In this document: in pieces, positions 25,649-36,879 of the stretch
How positions within the stretch are numbered: the first letter of the stretch is position 1
Layout of the letters: each line of letters begins with the position of its first letter
Origin: Stegostoma tigrinum
Lineage: Eukaryota
Direction: 5' to 3'
Assembly (NCBI RefSeq): GCF_030684315.1
Contig: NC_081373.1
Coordinates: 23,847,989 to 23,911,988 of the forward strand
DNA: 64,000 nucleotides
The notes under the pieces: generated by a model
What the model saw: the letters and a program-made list of their open reading frames with translations, nothing else
Told to the model about the DNA's origin: nothing
Databases searched by the model: none
Position numbers and translations under genes: made by a program

Positions 25649-26238
25649 CTTGCTTTTGCTGTGGTAGAGAACGTACATTACTGCTACAAACAAAGAGCCA
25701 CTTAGCAGATAAATTACAAAGCGACTGCTTGTCACAGTTGGTGCCAGCAGCATTTCCTTTGCCTTCCCAGTCTCAGTCTCCTTCGTGCCTTGGCCCTGGC
25801 CCTTGGGCAGCACCCCCTTGTCTGGCTCCGTGCCCGTGCCCTCGGGCGGCGGCTCCGTGCCCTCCGTGCCCGTGCCCTCGGGCGGCGGCTCCGTGCCCTC
25901 CGTGCCCGTGCCCTCGGGCGGCGGCTCCGTGCCCTCGGGCGGCGGCTCCGTGCCCGTGCCCTCGGGCGGCAGCTCCGTGCCCTCGGGCGGCGGCTCCGTG
26001 CCCTTCGTGCCCGTGCCCTCGGGCGGCGGCTCCGTGCCCTTCGTGCCCTCGGGCGGCGGCTCCGTGCCCTTCGTGCCCGTGCCCTCGGGCGGCGGCTCCG
26101 TGCCCTTCGTGCCCGTGCCCTCGGGCGGCGGCTCCGTGCCCTTCGTGCCCTCGCCCTTGGGCGACGTCACATTCTTTTCCCCATCCATGCCTCGTCCCTC
26201 GTTCTTGGTCTGTATTTTTGGGCCTCCCTCAGCATGGC
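25649..26238 (-). CDS. TGN46/KCT2-family membrane protein, ectodomain + transmembrane exon
   Basis: Acceptor gaatttttaccag at 26239, donor AAG|GTAAGC at 25648 (phase 0 after YHSKSK); open frame with TEPPPEG repeats, then SSRFVIYLLSGSLFVAVMYVLYHSKSK resembling TGOLN2 [27 protein letters not shown]; in-frame Kozak ATG (GGCATGG) at 26188. Confidence 0.83.
25824..26152 (-). repeat. GC-rich coding minisatellite (core ggcacggagccgccgcccgag) encoding ~10 TEPPPEG units
   Basis: Unit lengths vary only by multiples of 3 (TG, TKG, TEG linkers), so frame is preserved. Confidence 0.95.
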
Positions 26239-26409
26239 CTGGTAAAAATTCAAAGATCCATTGCTTAATGGTAGTAAATTAAGTGCAAAGGCATTTGTTG
26301 CCTCTTTAACAGGTATCAATGTCCTCACTGTCAAAGGAAATATGCATTAAATACTCATTGTCCAAGCTTGGGCAGACATGAAATCCAACATGGAAAGGAG
26401 AAAGTCTCT

Positions 26410-27479
26410 ATGAGACTTGGTCCAAATTTAGTTGGGGCAAGCGTGAGATACGCCTAACATTTTCTGATGGGGTCACAACTTCAGTTCAGTATATAAGCCA
26501 GCAATGTATTTAGATTTTTCAACCAGTCAGGAATGTCCAAATTGGAAGTGACAGCTCATAACTTTAGTTGATCTACCCACACTGTTAAAACCCATTTTGC
26601 TTTTTCATTTTTATTCTATTAACTTTAGCTTGGTGCCGAGAGATGAAATTGACATTTGGTCAGCAGGCAGCAGTGTGTGTTAATATAAAGGAAAGAACAC
26701 AAACAAGCCGCTTTTTGCTAGGACAGGCTAGGAAGTTAATTGCTGGTTGATTCTTAAAAGGTTTAGAGGCTCCTTGACACCAAAGAGCAGTTCATTTGAC
26801 CAGACAGAAGATCTTTGGCCATAAACTCGGTCAGTTCCTGGGAACTGGTTCCGACAAGTCTGGAAAAGGCTGTATTCTCAAGCAAATGTTGAAATGGTAA
26901 CTAGAACCTTGCAGTGACTGTCAATCTATCAGGGAGTGGTCACAATTATAATTGAGTTCTGGACGGTTTCATGTGAGGGCTTTGGCTGCTGATGCTACAG
27001 CAGCAAGTTCTAAGGCTCCTTGCTTAACATCCCATCAGCTACTAGAAGTTTGGAGAATACAAATTAAGTTTCTTCAGAGTGAATGGAAAAAGTGGTCCTG
27101 ATCAACATCTTTAGAAAATTAACTGAGAAACAAGCATCTTTGCCTGTAGAACAATGCATTAAACTCACTTAAGTAATCTGATCAGTTTTGTTTTATTTAT
27201 CCCTTAACCATTTGTCTGTCTGGCTTTGGTGTGATGGCATCGAAAACAAGGATTGTGTTTAAACATACACATCAGATTACTTGTTTAATTTTGCTCTGCT
27301 AGTTAGTTTATTGTTACTAAATTGCTACATTGGGGTTTTTCCATAATCAGGGGTTGGTTTTTCCAAGAAGTCTGCTAAGGAACCTTTGGGGTTCAATTTT
27401 GAACATTTACATTTTATTGCATCTGCAGCACAGAATTAGGGAAAGGCTGATTTGATTTGGCTATTTCCTCGTCGTAACA
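26410..27479 (+). mobile_element. Possible solo LTR
   Basis: Non-coding ~1 kb block ending ...ctcgtcgtaaca, an LTR-like CA terminus; 5' boundary not resolved. Confidence 0.3.
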
Positions 27480-28319
27480 AAATTCAATGCACAAGTAATG
27501 CAAACAATTTCTGAACAAGTCAAAAAAGAAAATTTCACAGAACTTTAAGTGATAGTAGAAGAGGCAGCAATCACTACAGCCCTCTAAATCGCAGTATATT
27601 ACAAACTGAAATTAAAGAACACTTTAAAAAGGTTCTTGCAAAGATTTGTAGCTGGGTTTGTGGAGGAAATTGTTGGCTTGCTCACCAAGCCATCCGGTTA
27701 AGAATCATGATGCTGACAATTTGAAGAAATAAACAAAAATATTGCTCCAGAGACTTAGCAGGTCTAACAGTATCTGTTGGGAGAAAGCAAAGTTAACCTG
27801 AAACATTAATTATGCTTTCTGTCCACTGATTCTACCACATCCAGAGTCTAACATTATTTTTCTTTCAACATAGTCATTGCTAGTGAGATCCTTACTAAAG
27901 GCCAAGTTCTTTGCAAAAGAGGCTCCTCTTTAAGTATTGAATCAGACATGAAGATTGGTACAATGAGAGCTAAGTAATGCATCTACTTCTATAAACCATT
28001 GAAAAATGGAAACCTTCTCTGCTTTGAGATGTAGGTTTTGCTCTGCAAGAAGCGTTATTAATAAAGCTGACACTTTATTCTGCAGAAATAACATTAATTT
28101 TACCCCCAGATTCTTGAAGTTTAAGGGAAGGGTCCAGCAAATAACGTATTTTTATGGCATAAACAGTCTTTAACATGCGTAAGTCAGGACTTAGTCAAAT
28201 TTACTCAGAAATGAAACTGTCTTCAAGTCAGGATCAATGCCATTCAACAACATTAATCAAATGAGATTTTTGTTTTTAGAAGCCATAGATAAAAACGGTT
28301 CGCACAGAAGTGTTATTAC

Positions 28320-29400
28320 CCTGCACTACTGTTTCTGTTCAGGTCTCAAGCGAGGGCAATTGAGGCAATAGATACGAGAAAACGGCAATGTTCCAGTAAC
28401 ACGCGGGAATCTGATGTTAACTCGAACGGCTCAGCCATGATATATTTCGGAAGGAATAAAGTGGTTTATAATTTAGGGGCGGAGTCATGATTAGACCTCA
28501 AGATTTAGGCGTGGAAGTATTGTACTCAAGTGAAATTCAGTTTACCACTAATCTTTTAGAATTGTATTTGATGATTGAGTTATAACACGAGTTTCCGGAT
28601 GCAAACACACAATTTCAAAGCACATGAAGTCTTTCCTTTCAAGATAAACGGCAACAAAACGGAAGTGAAATAAATGCCGCGGTTTCAGCGTGAGTTGGTA
28701 GCTCAATTCTCCAAGTGACTTCTCACATGACCAAGGCAAAGGTCGAAATATTACGTTTGACTCAGTTAAACAGGCTCACAAAAATCACACTGCAAGTTAA
28801 TATTGCCACCCGCTCACTATTTAAATTAGTTTTTTTTAATGTCTTTTAATGAAAAAAGGGTTTATTTTGGCCAATGTAAACACAGCTTCCTGATTTCGAC
28901 AACTGGGCAAAGGTACTGCCAATTCAGCACCGACTCCCCATTAACAGAGGGGGACACACGTTTCTCTCGCGGGGCTGTTGGCATTAACACTTTTACTGCA
29001 TTTGGAATCTGTAACCTGCTGTCACTTTGAAGCCTTAAACTAGCGCTTTCTACTTAAATACGTACCATCTATGAAGAGACATAATACAACAATGATAAGG
29101 AAACAGACTTTCCACGCCATGCTGCTTTATCAAGGAGTTGAGTTTCATCAAAAGCAATACGGAAAACACGTACACGCTCTTTATGCAAATACAGTCTAGC
29201 ACCACCTCTGCAACCGTTTACAGAAGAGCATCGCTCCACATACGTACATATAGGTACGCATGGAAAGCTGTGATCAATACCAATAGATAAAATGAGATCG
29301 ATTAGCCCATGGCAAGTTTCCTAAAATGCTCATTAGCCAATGATCTAGTAACAAGAGTTGTTGCTTGTCATGGGAGCTGACGTAAAATTTTTGGGGTGGA
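28320..29400 (-). promoter_or_regulatory. Probable promoter / first exon region of the TGN46/KCT2-like gene
   Basis: CpG-enriched unique DNA; GC box ggggcggag 28476-28484; GGAAGTGAAA 28661-28670; CCAAT boxes and tgacgtaa near 29280-29385; - strand donor CAGG|GTAATA with exon end 28320. Confidence 0.45.
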
Positions 29401-29454
29401 GTTTTCTTTCACCTTAATTGGTTCTGGGTGTGGTTAACAAGGCCAGTATTTACT

Positions 29455-29865
29455 TTTAAAAAAAGTAGTGAGGATGCTGTACTAAAGCAAAGTTGCTGGA
29501 AAAGCTCTGTAGGTTTAGTAGTAGAGATAATGGGAACTGCAGATGCTGGAGAATCCGAGATAACAAAGTGTGGAGCTGGATGAACACAGCAGGCCAAGCA
29601 GCATCTTGTGCTCCTAAGATGCTGCTTGACCTGGTGTTGTTCATCCAGCTTCACACTTTGTTATCTAGGTTTGGTAGCATCTGTGAGGGGAAAAAGTGGA
29701 GTTAATGTTTTGGGTCTGGTGGCCCTTCCTGGGAACTGAGGATGCTGTAAATCAATAAGAGTTAAGGAAGGGTCGCTAGATCTGAAATGCTAACTCTGAT
29801 TTCTTTTTCTTCACAGGTGCTGCCAGACCTGCTGAGTGTATCCAGCAACTTCTGTGTTTGCTCCA
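29455..29865. mobile_element. Nested Penelope-terminal hairpins (29523-29667 inside a second-family element)
   Basis: Inner self-complementary element flanked by aggtttagtagta/aggtttggtagca; outer gttgctggaaaagctc...ccagcaacttctg arms. Confidence 0.75.
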
Positions 29866-30905
29866 GTAGTTATCGTACCTTCCTGATTGCCTTGATCATT
29901 GTCCTATTGAATGGAAGCACAACATGTAACGTATGTGCAGCTGAGCACTGTAGCGAGAGGGCTATTGTGAACCACATGGAGAGCAACTTCTACAGGATGG
30001 GGATCAGGGTTTTTAAAAACAAATTTATTCTAATCTACCTCAATGACCATTTTGTTCATGAGTTGGATTCCATCTCAATAAGAATTTTGGGAGAGACTTC
30101 CTACTGAAAGTGTGGCTTACTCATTATTCTAACTCGTGGTTTTAAAAATGGGTGTCACTGACTAGGCCAGCATTTATTTGCCCATCTTTAATTGCCCTCA
30201 AGAAAGTGACGGTCAGCTGCCTTTCTAAACTGCTGTAGTCCATGTGGCACAGGTATACCCACTGTGCTGACAGGGGGCTAATGTGAGACTTTGAACTAGT
30301 GACTGTGAAGTGTAGATGCTATGCCTCCAAATATAACTATTTAACACAATTGTAGTGGTTTAATGTTATTAGAGATTTAATAACAAAGTATGCCAATCCT
30401 ATAGTTCATCTGTTCATTGCAGTATCTAATTAGTTTTTAAATGGGTTGAAATTTTGGCTGCACTTCTATATCTGGGGAAATCCATTGTATTTATTTATTA
30501 TTTATATGAAAAATGTTTTGGTATCAGGACTGATTTTTGCCACTTGTTAATTTGAATCCATACTCCTTGTTTCTTTTCTCTTTACAGTGCCTATTCTTGA
30601 TGTTGACCATCTGTACATACTTCTATAAGACCATCTCTGACTTCTCTGCACCCCACCCATCCATGCAAGGTGAGAAATCATTGTAACTCAGGTGATTAGT
30701 AAGAGATGAACTCTGTGTAGACACTAATTTTTCGAAGCTGATAGTATGCTGAAGTGAATCTGTAATGGGAGCTTTGAAGCAGCAGGGCTGGTAATGAATT
30801 TACCTGTTACTAAATAAAAATACAGCTGTATAAACAAGCATGCAGAAAATTGTAATCTGGAAACACCTGTTTTGATTTGCTAGTGCATTTGATACTGTAG
30901 TCAAA

Positions 30906-31265
30906 ACCGCAAAAGATTCTCCTTTTCAACTATTCTACTTGCTTGAGGTGTGGTGACTCTCCGTTTAATATGCCTATTCTTGATGTTTACCATCTGTACA
31001 TAATTCTATAAGACCATTTCTCTTTAATGAGAGAGCAGCTCTGTGAGCTAGTCAGATTATGGTAACTTTATCTTACCTTTCACGCTAGTACAAGGTAAGA
31101 TAATGTTACCATAATCTGACTAGATCACAGAGCTGCTCTCTCATTAAAGAGAAATGGTCTTATAGAATTATGTACAGATGGTAAACATCAAGAATAGGCA
31201 TATTAAATGGAGAGTCACCACACCTCAAGCAAGTAGAATGGTTGAAAAGGAGAATCTTTTGTGGT
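30906..31265. repeat. Near-perfect inverted duplication (arms ~30906-31079 and ~31092-31265) of a SINE 3' part
   Basis: Arms are reverse complements with only a few mismatches; ~12 bp spacer; the right arm continues into a tRNA-like SINE head at 31266-31348 (- strand). Confidence 0.92.
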
Positions 31266-31599
31266 AATCTCAACCAGCGTGGGAATTGAATCCATGCTGT
31301 TAGCATCAGTCCACAGCACAACCAACCAGCTGAGCTAACTGACTCCCCAATGGTAGTGAAACATTGGATTGAATATCCAGACCAAGCTTTTCTGACTGTA
31401 CACAAAGCTTCAACTGTGCCAAATGAGAGGTCTTATCATAATTGTCTCTAAAGGTACTTTATTGGAAATTATTTTGCAAAATCCATTTTGTTTTGCTGTG
31501 ACTGCCTTGACATGTTAAAATTTAAAAAAAATTAAAAAGATTTGCTTTGATATTTGTTAAACAGGTGCTGCAACTGCAAAGTAAGAAAGATACAGACAA

Positions 31600-32630
31600 T
31601 ATTTTATTTATATAGCACCTTCCATTAACTAAGGACTTCCCAAAGCACTTTACAGTCTATGATTATTTCTGAAATATAGTCAATATTGTTATGCAATTTT
31701 ATGGAGGATAATTTAGACACAACAAGCTTTCACAAATTACAGTGCAACAATGGTGAGACATTCTTTTTAGTGGTGTCAACACAAGGTGGGATTAATTCCC
31801 CTTCTCTTTCTTGAATGGCCCAACACAGTTTAAAGGCAATTAGGAGTGAGCAACGAATAGCAACACCCACTACCCATTTGAGGGTTTGACAGGGTAGATG
31901 TGGAAAGGTTGTTATTGCTTATTGGAATGTCTAGGATCAGAAGTCAAAAATAAGGAGGAATTTTCTTATTTCTGAGGATAGTGAATCTGAGAATTTCTTT
32001 ACTGAAGAGAGCTGTAGAAGCTGGGTCATTCAGTATATTCATGTCTGAGATAGACTGAATTTTAATCGGTAAGCCAGTCAAGAATTATGGGGAAAAGGCA
32101 GGAGAAAAAGAGTTGAAGATGATCAGATCAGTCAACATGTCATTGATTGGTTGAGCAAACTCAATGGGCTGAATTACCTGAGATAACGAGATGTAGAGCT
32201 GGATGAACACAGCAGGCCAGGCAGCATCAGGGGAGCAGGAAAGCTCACATTTCGGGCCTAGACCCTTCAGAAAAAAGAGCTGAATTACCTGCTTCTGCTC
32301 CTTTCTTTTAATTCTCTCATGAATGTGCATTTATTGGGCCAGCATTTATTGCCCATGGCTAGTTGCCCTTAAGGTGGTGGTGAACTACCTTCTTGAACTG
32401 CTGCGGTCCATGTGCTGTAGGTCAATCCCCCACAAGGGAGGGAGTTCCAGGATTGTGACCCAGTGACAGTGAACAAACAGCAGAATAAAGCAGATGGATC
32501 TTAATTTAAATGGCACCCAAAAGACGGCAGCTCCCACACTACAGCATTCCATCAGTTTTGTAGTTGAATGTTAGTCTAAACTTTGTGTTCAGTTCCATGG
32601 ATTTGAATTCTGACTCATAAGTGAGAGCAT
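31600..32630 (-). mobile_element. DeuSINE (SacSINE1/AmnSINE1-like) remnant split by nested CR1, Penelope and LINE fragments
   Basis: Tail tttatatagcacctt..cccaaagcactttacag at ~31605-31655; Deu-domain-like ttaaatggcacccaaaagacggcagctc at ~32505-32535. Confidence 0.5.
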
Positions 32631-33469
32631 TCGTGACAAAGCTACTGCTGACAACGAGGCACAACTAGGTAACACAGCAATAGACTTTCAGCCGTGTTTC
32701 TGTATGGCCTGTTTTTCAGAATAAAATCAGTCTCGTCACACAGCCAAGGCTGGTATTTATTATTCATTCCTAGTCTCCCTAAAAAGAATGGTGATGAACT
32801 TTCTTCTTGACTTTCTGTATGCCTTGCCATCAGTCCCTTTTATAATACTGTTAAACATGGTTTCAAGATGCTGACAAAATAAATGTTGTTTGGGCAATGA
32901 TGCACACCCTTCTGGGGACAGCACTGACTTCGCGAGACATTGAACAGTGTCGGTATTTTCTTGCAGACCCTGTTTTTGTTTTTCATGGTGGGTGTAGTCA
33001 CAATGCTGGATGAAAAAGGCATGTGTGAACGGTAGCAGTGCATCCTGAGGATGGTCAACAAAGTGTGGAGCTGGAGGAACACAGCAGGCCGGCCAGCATC
33101 AGAGGAGCAGGAAAGCCAATGTTTTGGGTTTACACCCTTCATCCTGTGGATGGTATGCATTTCAGCTAAGGTGCATTGGTGGTGGAACAGAGAAATGTTT
33201 AGGCTAGTGGTTGAAATACCAATCCTTGGGCTGCTGCATCATTGACCTTCCTTCCATCGTAAAGTCAGAGTTTGGGATTTTCACTGATGATTGAACAATG
33301 TTTAGCATTATTTGCACCTCCACAGATATGGGCACAATCTCTGACTAAAACACCATTCTACACACAAGTTCTTCCCCCATCTCAGTAAGAATTTCAAAAT
33401 AGGATCCTTACTGAAAATTCTTATTCTTAATTAGTCCAGATCGCATTTTTAACAATTCACAAACAGGAT

Positions 33470-34395
33470 GTAGACATCACTGGCTAGGCGAGCATATATT
33501 GCCCATCCCTATTGTCCACAGGAAGTGGTGGTCAGCTGCCTTCTCGAACTGCTATTGTCCATGTGGTACAGGCACACTCACAGTGCTGACAGGGTGCCAG
33601 TGCAGAATTCTGAATTAGTGACAGTGAAGGAGCAGCGAATTTCTGCTGTACAGAAGTGTAGGTGCTTTCCTTTAAATACAGTCTGTGATCCACCTGCAAC
33701 AAAGTATGACAACATCCAGTCCGATATGCACCACACAGGTGCCTGGTACCCATCTCTACATCATACTGTACAGGATTAACAACACTTAAAAAACTAGTAT
33801 TGACCAAAAATATAAACTGGGCCTGTCATATTAAGTACGCTGGCTCCTAGATCAGGTCAGAGGCTGAGATTTCTGCATTGTCTATCTCACCTGCCTCCCC
33901 AAAACTCATTCACCATCAACGAAACACAAGTCAGGAATGTATTGAAACAATCTCCATTGCCTGAGGAGTGAGCTCCACTAACACCCAAGAAGATTGACTC
34001 CATCCAGGACAAAGCAGCTGACTTTGTTGAAACTGCATCCACTACTTTCTACATTCACTCTCCTCTGATACTGATGTACCATTGGTACAGTCTAATCTTC
34101 GAGAAGATGTGCTGCAACACCTTGTCAAGCTTTCTTGGACTGTATCTTCCGATCTTGCAACCTAGATACAGAAGTGCAACAGATGTAGGGAACCACCACA
34201 CCCTGAAATTTCCCCTCCAAATCATATATGGTCCTGATATGGAAATACGGTGCCTTTCCTTCTGTGTTGCAGAGTTAAAATCCTGGAAATCCTTCCCTCA
34301 AATATTGTAGGTGTATTAAAGGACTTGAGAAGTTCAAAAGCTGACTCACCACCATATTCTCCAGGGCAATCAGTGATGGGCAATAAACAGTGATC
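33470..34395 (+). mobile_element. LINE 3' fragment (+, 33640-34395) preceded by an opposite-orientation tail of the same family
   Basis: gtcaggaatgtattgaaacaatctcca, catccaggacaaagcag, gatgggcaataaa tail; reverse tail at 33470-33635. Confidence 0.6.
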
Positions 34396-35145
34396 TTCAA
34401 CCTTGAAATCTTATTGTTATGATCCTTTCAGTCAATCACTGGAAGCTGAGTATCTTTTAAAAGTTATCGATTTCTATGGGGATTGTAACAATGTAGCTGG
34501 TGTTTCTCTCACAACATTTAATAACAAAAAAAACTAACAATAAAATGTGAAAGTACACTTTTCATTCCCAGGAGTGAATTTGCATAAGGAAAAATGTCCA
34601 ATTGTCACTGACAGGAATCTAAGCTACTGAAACACTTGAAAGACAAATCAGAAATTGTTCTGATCATTGGATAATTTTGAATAATTGATGCATAAAGTCT
34701 TTCATTATGGAAACTGGGCCTAAACTTTTCTAATCCATAGATATTCTAGGAAATGGATGGGCTGATCACTGCAGGATTTTCAAGTCTGAGGATATGTCGT
34801 TGGCTGGCTTTGCAGGAAGATATACTGAGTATCTAGTACCAAATCTTTAATATAGTAAAATAACCCGAGGTGCTTCATGACAGTATTATTGAAACATGAC
34901 TGAATGGGAAGCCACAAAATAGATACTAAAGCTTCGTTAAAAGGCTATGTTTTGAGCAGAGTGCCAAAACATAAAAGAAGAGGGAGGTGGAGAGGTTTAT
35001 GAAGGGATAAACAGAGTGTGGGCCCTTGGTGGATGAAGGTATGGATTGCTCAACAGGCTGCAATTGGAGGAGTGTGAAAGTCTTGGAATATTGCAGGGCT
35101 GGTGGAGATTAGAGCGATCAGGTCATGGACAAACTTGAAAATAAG

Positions 35146-35401
35146 TTTAAAAACTGAAAGAACTACAGATGGGGTAAATCAGGAACAAAAACAGAAGTTG
35201 CTGGAAAAGCTCAGCAGGTCTGGTAGCATCTGTGAAGAAGAAAAATCAGAGTTAAACGTTTCGGGTCTGGTGATCCTTCCTCAGAACTGGAAGAACTTTG
35301 AATTCTGAGGAAGGGTCACCAGACCCGAAAAGTTAACTCTGACTTTTTTTTCCTTCACAGGTGCTGCCAGATCTGCTGAGCTTTTCCAGCAACTTCTGTT
35401 T
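35146..35401. mobile_element. Penelope-terminal hairpin element (second family)
   Basis: Inverted arms acagaagttgctggaaaagctcagcag...ctgctgagcttttccagcaacttctgt; TSD ttgaaaataag at 35135-35145 and 35402-35412. Confidence 0.85.
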
Positions 35402-36061
35402 TTGAAAATAAGGTTACAGTTTTAAAATTGAGACTTTACTTAATCTAGAATCAGTCTCGGACAGTGGAGGATGGCCTGGTCAGCTGCTGAAACTCTGCAG
35501 ATGGTAGAGGGAGGACAGAAGCAGATTAGGGTTGGATCTTCTCAAACTTAGTCACAAAGAGGCCCCTGATTTCCTTGCACTTGTTGGAGGTCACTGAAGA
35601 AAGCAGGGGAAAGAATTTTAAGAAGGCAGTTCAAATTTGAGAAATAAGTTGTTATCTTTGCATTCTAAGGTGATCTTTTGAATCTGCCAGTGGAGAACAG
35701 GACTTGATGGTGCTTCATATCATTCAATCGGGGTGGTTAAATCAGTTGCCCACCATATTAATTGAAGCCTGTGAGCCTGGGACTTGCAAGAGGTAAAGAC
35801 TATAATTGAGCAATGATCAAGGTGAAACAGAGTGTAATTGTTTGAATAGGGACTAGGGTTTCAAAGGTGCAGTTGAGAATGTGGTTAAATAAATTTGTAG
35901 CTGCAGAATCCCAAGGGCGGATATTGTGGGAAGTGCAAACAGTAGACATTTCCGATATTGAATCTGAAGTTGTGTATCCTTCCATTTTGAGTACATTATA
36001 TTTCCTTTTAAATGAAAACTAAATGACTTTGGCATGGGACAGTCAATCACTTAATTATGAA

Positions 36062-36295
36062 GGGGTAGTAGGAACTGCAGCTGCTGGAGAATCTGAGATA
36101 TACAAGGTGTGGGGCTGGATGAACACAGCAGGCCAAGCAGCATCAGAGGAGCAAAAAGGCTGATGTTTTGGGCCTGGACCCTTCTTCAGAAATGTTTTCT
36201 GAAGAAGGGTCCAGGCCCGAAGCATCAGCTTTCCTGCTCCTCTGATGCGGCTTGGCCTGCTGTGTTCATCCAGCCCTACACCTTGTGTATCTCAG
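36062..36295. mobile_element. Penelope-terminal hairpin element
   Basis: Self-complementary arms; TSD ttaattatgaa. Confidence 0.85.
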
Positions 36296-36459
36296 TTAAT
36301 TATGAACAACATTTTTCATAAGAGATTTGGAAGACATGAAAGTGAAAAACTGTAGGTCTTTGAGGCATGGGACCGTTTGGTGGCTCTTTCAGAGATTTGG
36401 TACAGCATTTCTGTGATACATAATTCCAACCTTTGCTTTTCAGTATTTATTTATGGCAT

Positions 36460-36790
36460 TTGACATTATTGGCCGGGCTAGCATTTATTGCCCATCCCTA
36501 ATTGACCAGCTCAGAGTCAACCACATTACCATGAGTCTGAAATCACATGTGGGCCAGACCAGGTAAGGATAGAGGATTCCCATTTCAAATTACAGTAGTG
36601 AATGAGATGGGGTTTAGAACATTTGAAAGTATTAACATGGTCAGTTACTGGCTAATTTTTATTCCAACATTTTTTAAATTGAGTTTAAATTTCACTATCT
36701 GCCATGCTGGGATTTGAGCCCATGTCCCCAGGACATTACCTGGGAATTCTGAACTGTTATCCCAGTGACATTACCTATACAATACCACCT
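36460..36790 (-). mobile_element. tRNA-derived SINE (19830 family)
   Basis: Reverse complement of the 19830-type head and tail. Confidence 0.65.
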
Positions 36791-36879
36791 TCTTCCACCA
36801 CCCCCCACCCATTTAAAATGGTTTGTATCATTGGAAATTTTGAACCACTAGTTTATTGTCTTCAAGCTTCAAACCAAAA

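Noticed and set aside
5344-25649. In-frame membrane-anchored caspase-7 fusion protein
   Set aside because: The TM exon ends in phase 0 while both CASP7 acceptors (5461, 5512) need phase 1, and the tail exon stops before its donor
25636-26282. Three long + strand ORFs (Cys/Pro-rich, VPSGGG and RALGRR repeats)
   Set aside because: They are antisense readings of the stop-free GC minisatellite; only the - strand frame has splice sites, a TM segment and a matching downstream exon
27896-27985. Possible signal-peptide exon MHYLALIVPIFMSDSILKEEPLLQRTWPL|GTAAG (- strand)
   Set aside because: Its phase 0 donor is incompatible with the phase 1 acceptor at 26238, and the hydrophobic core is short
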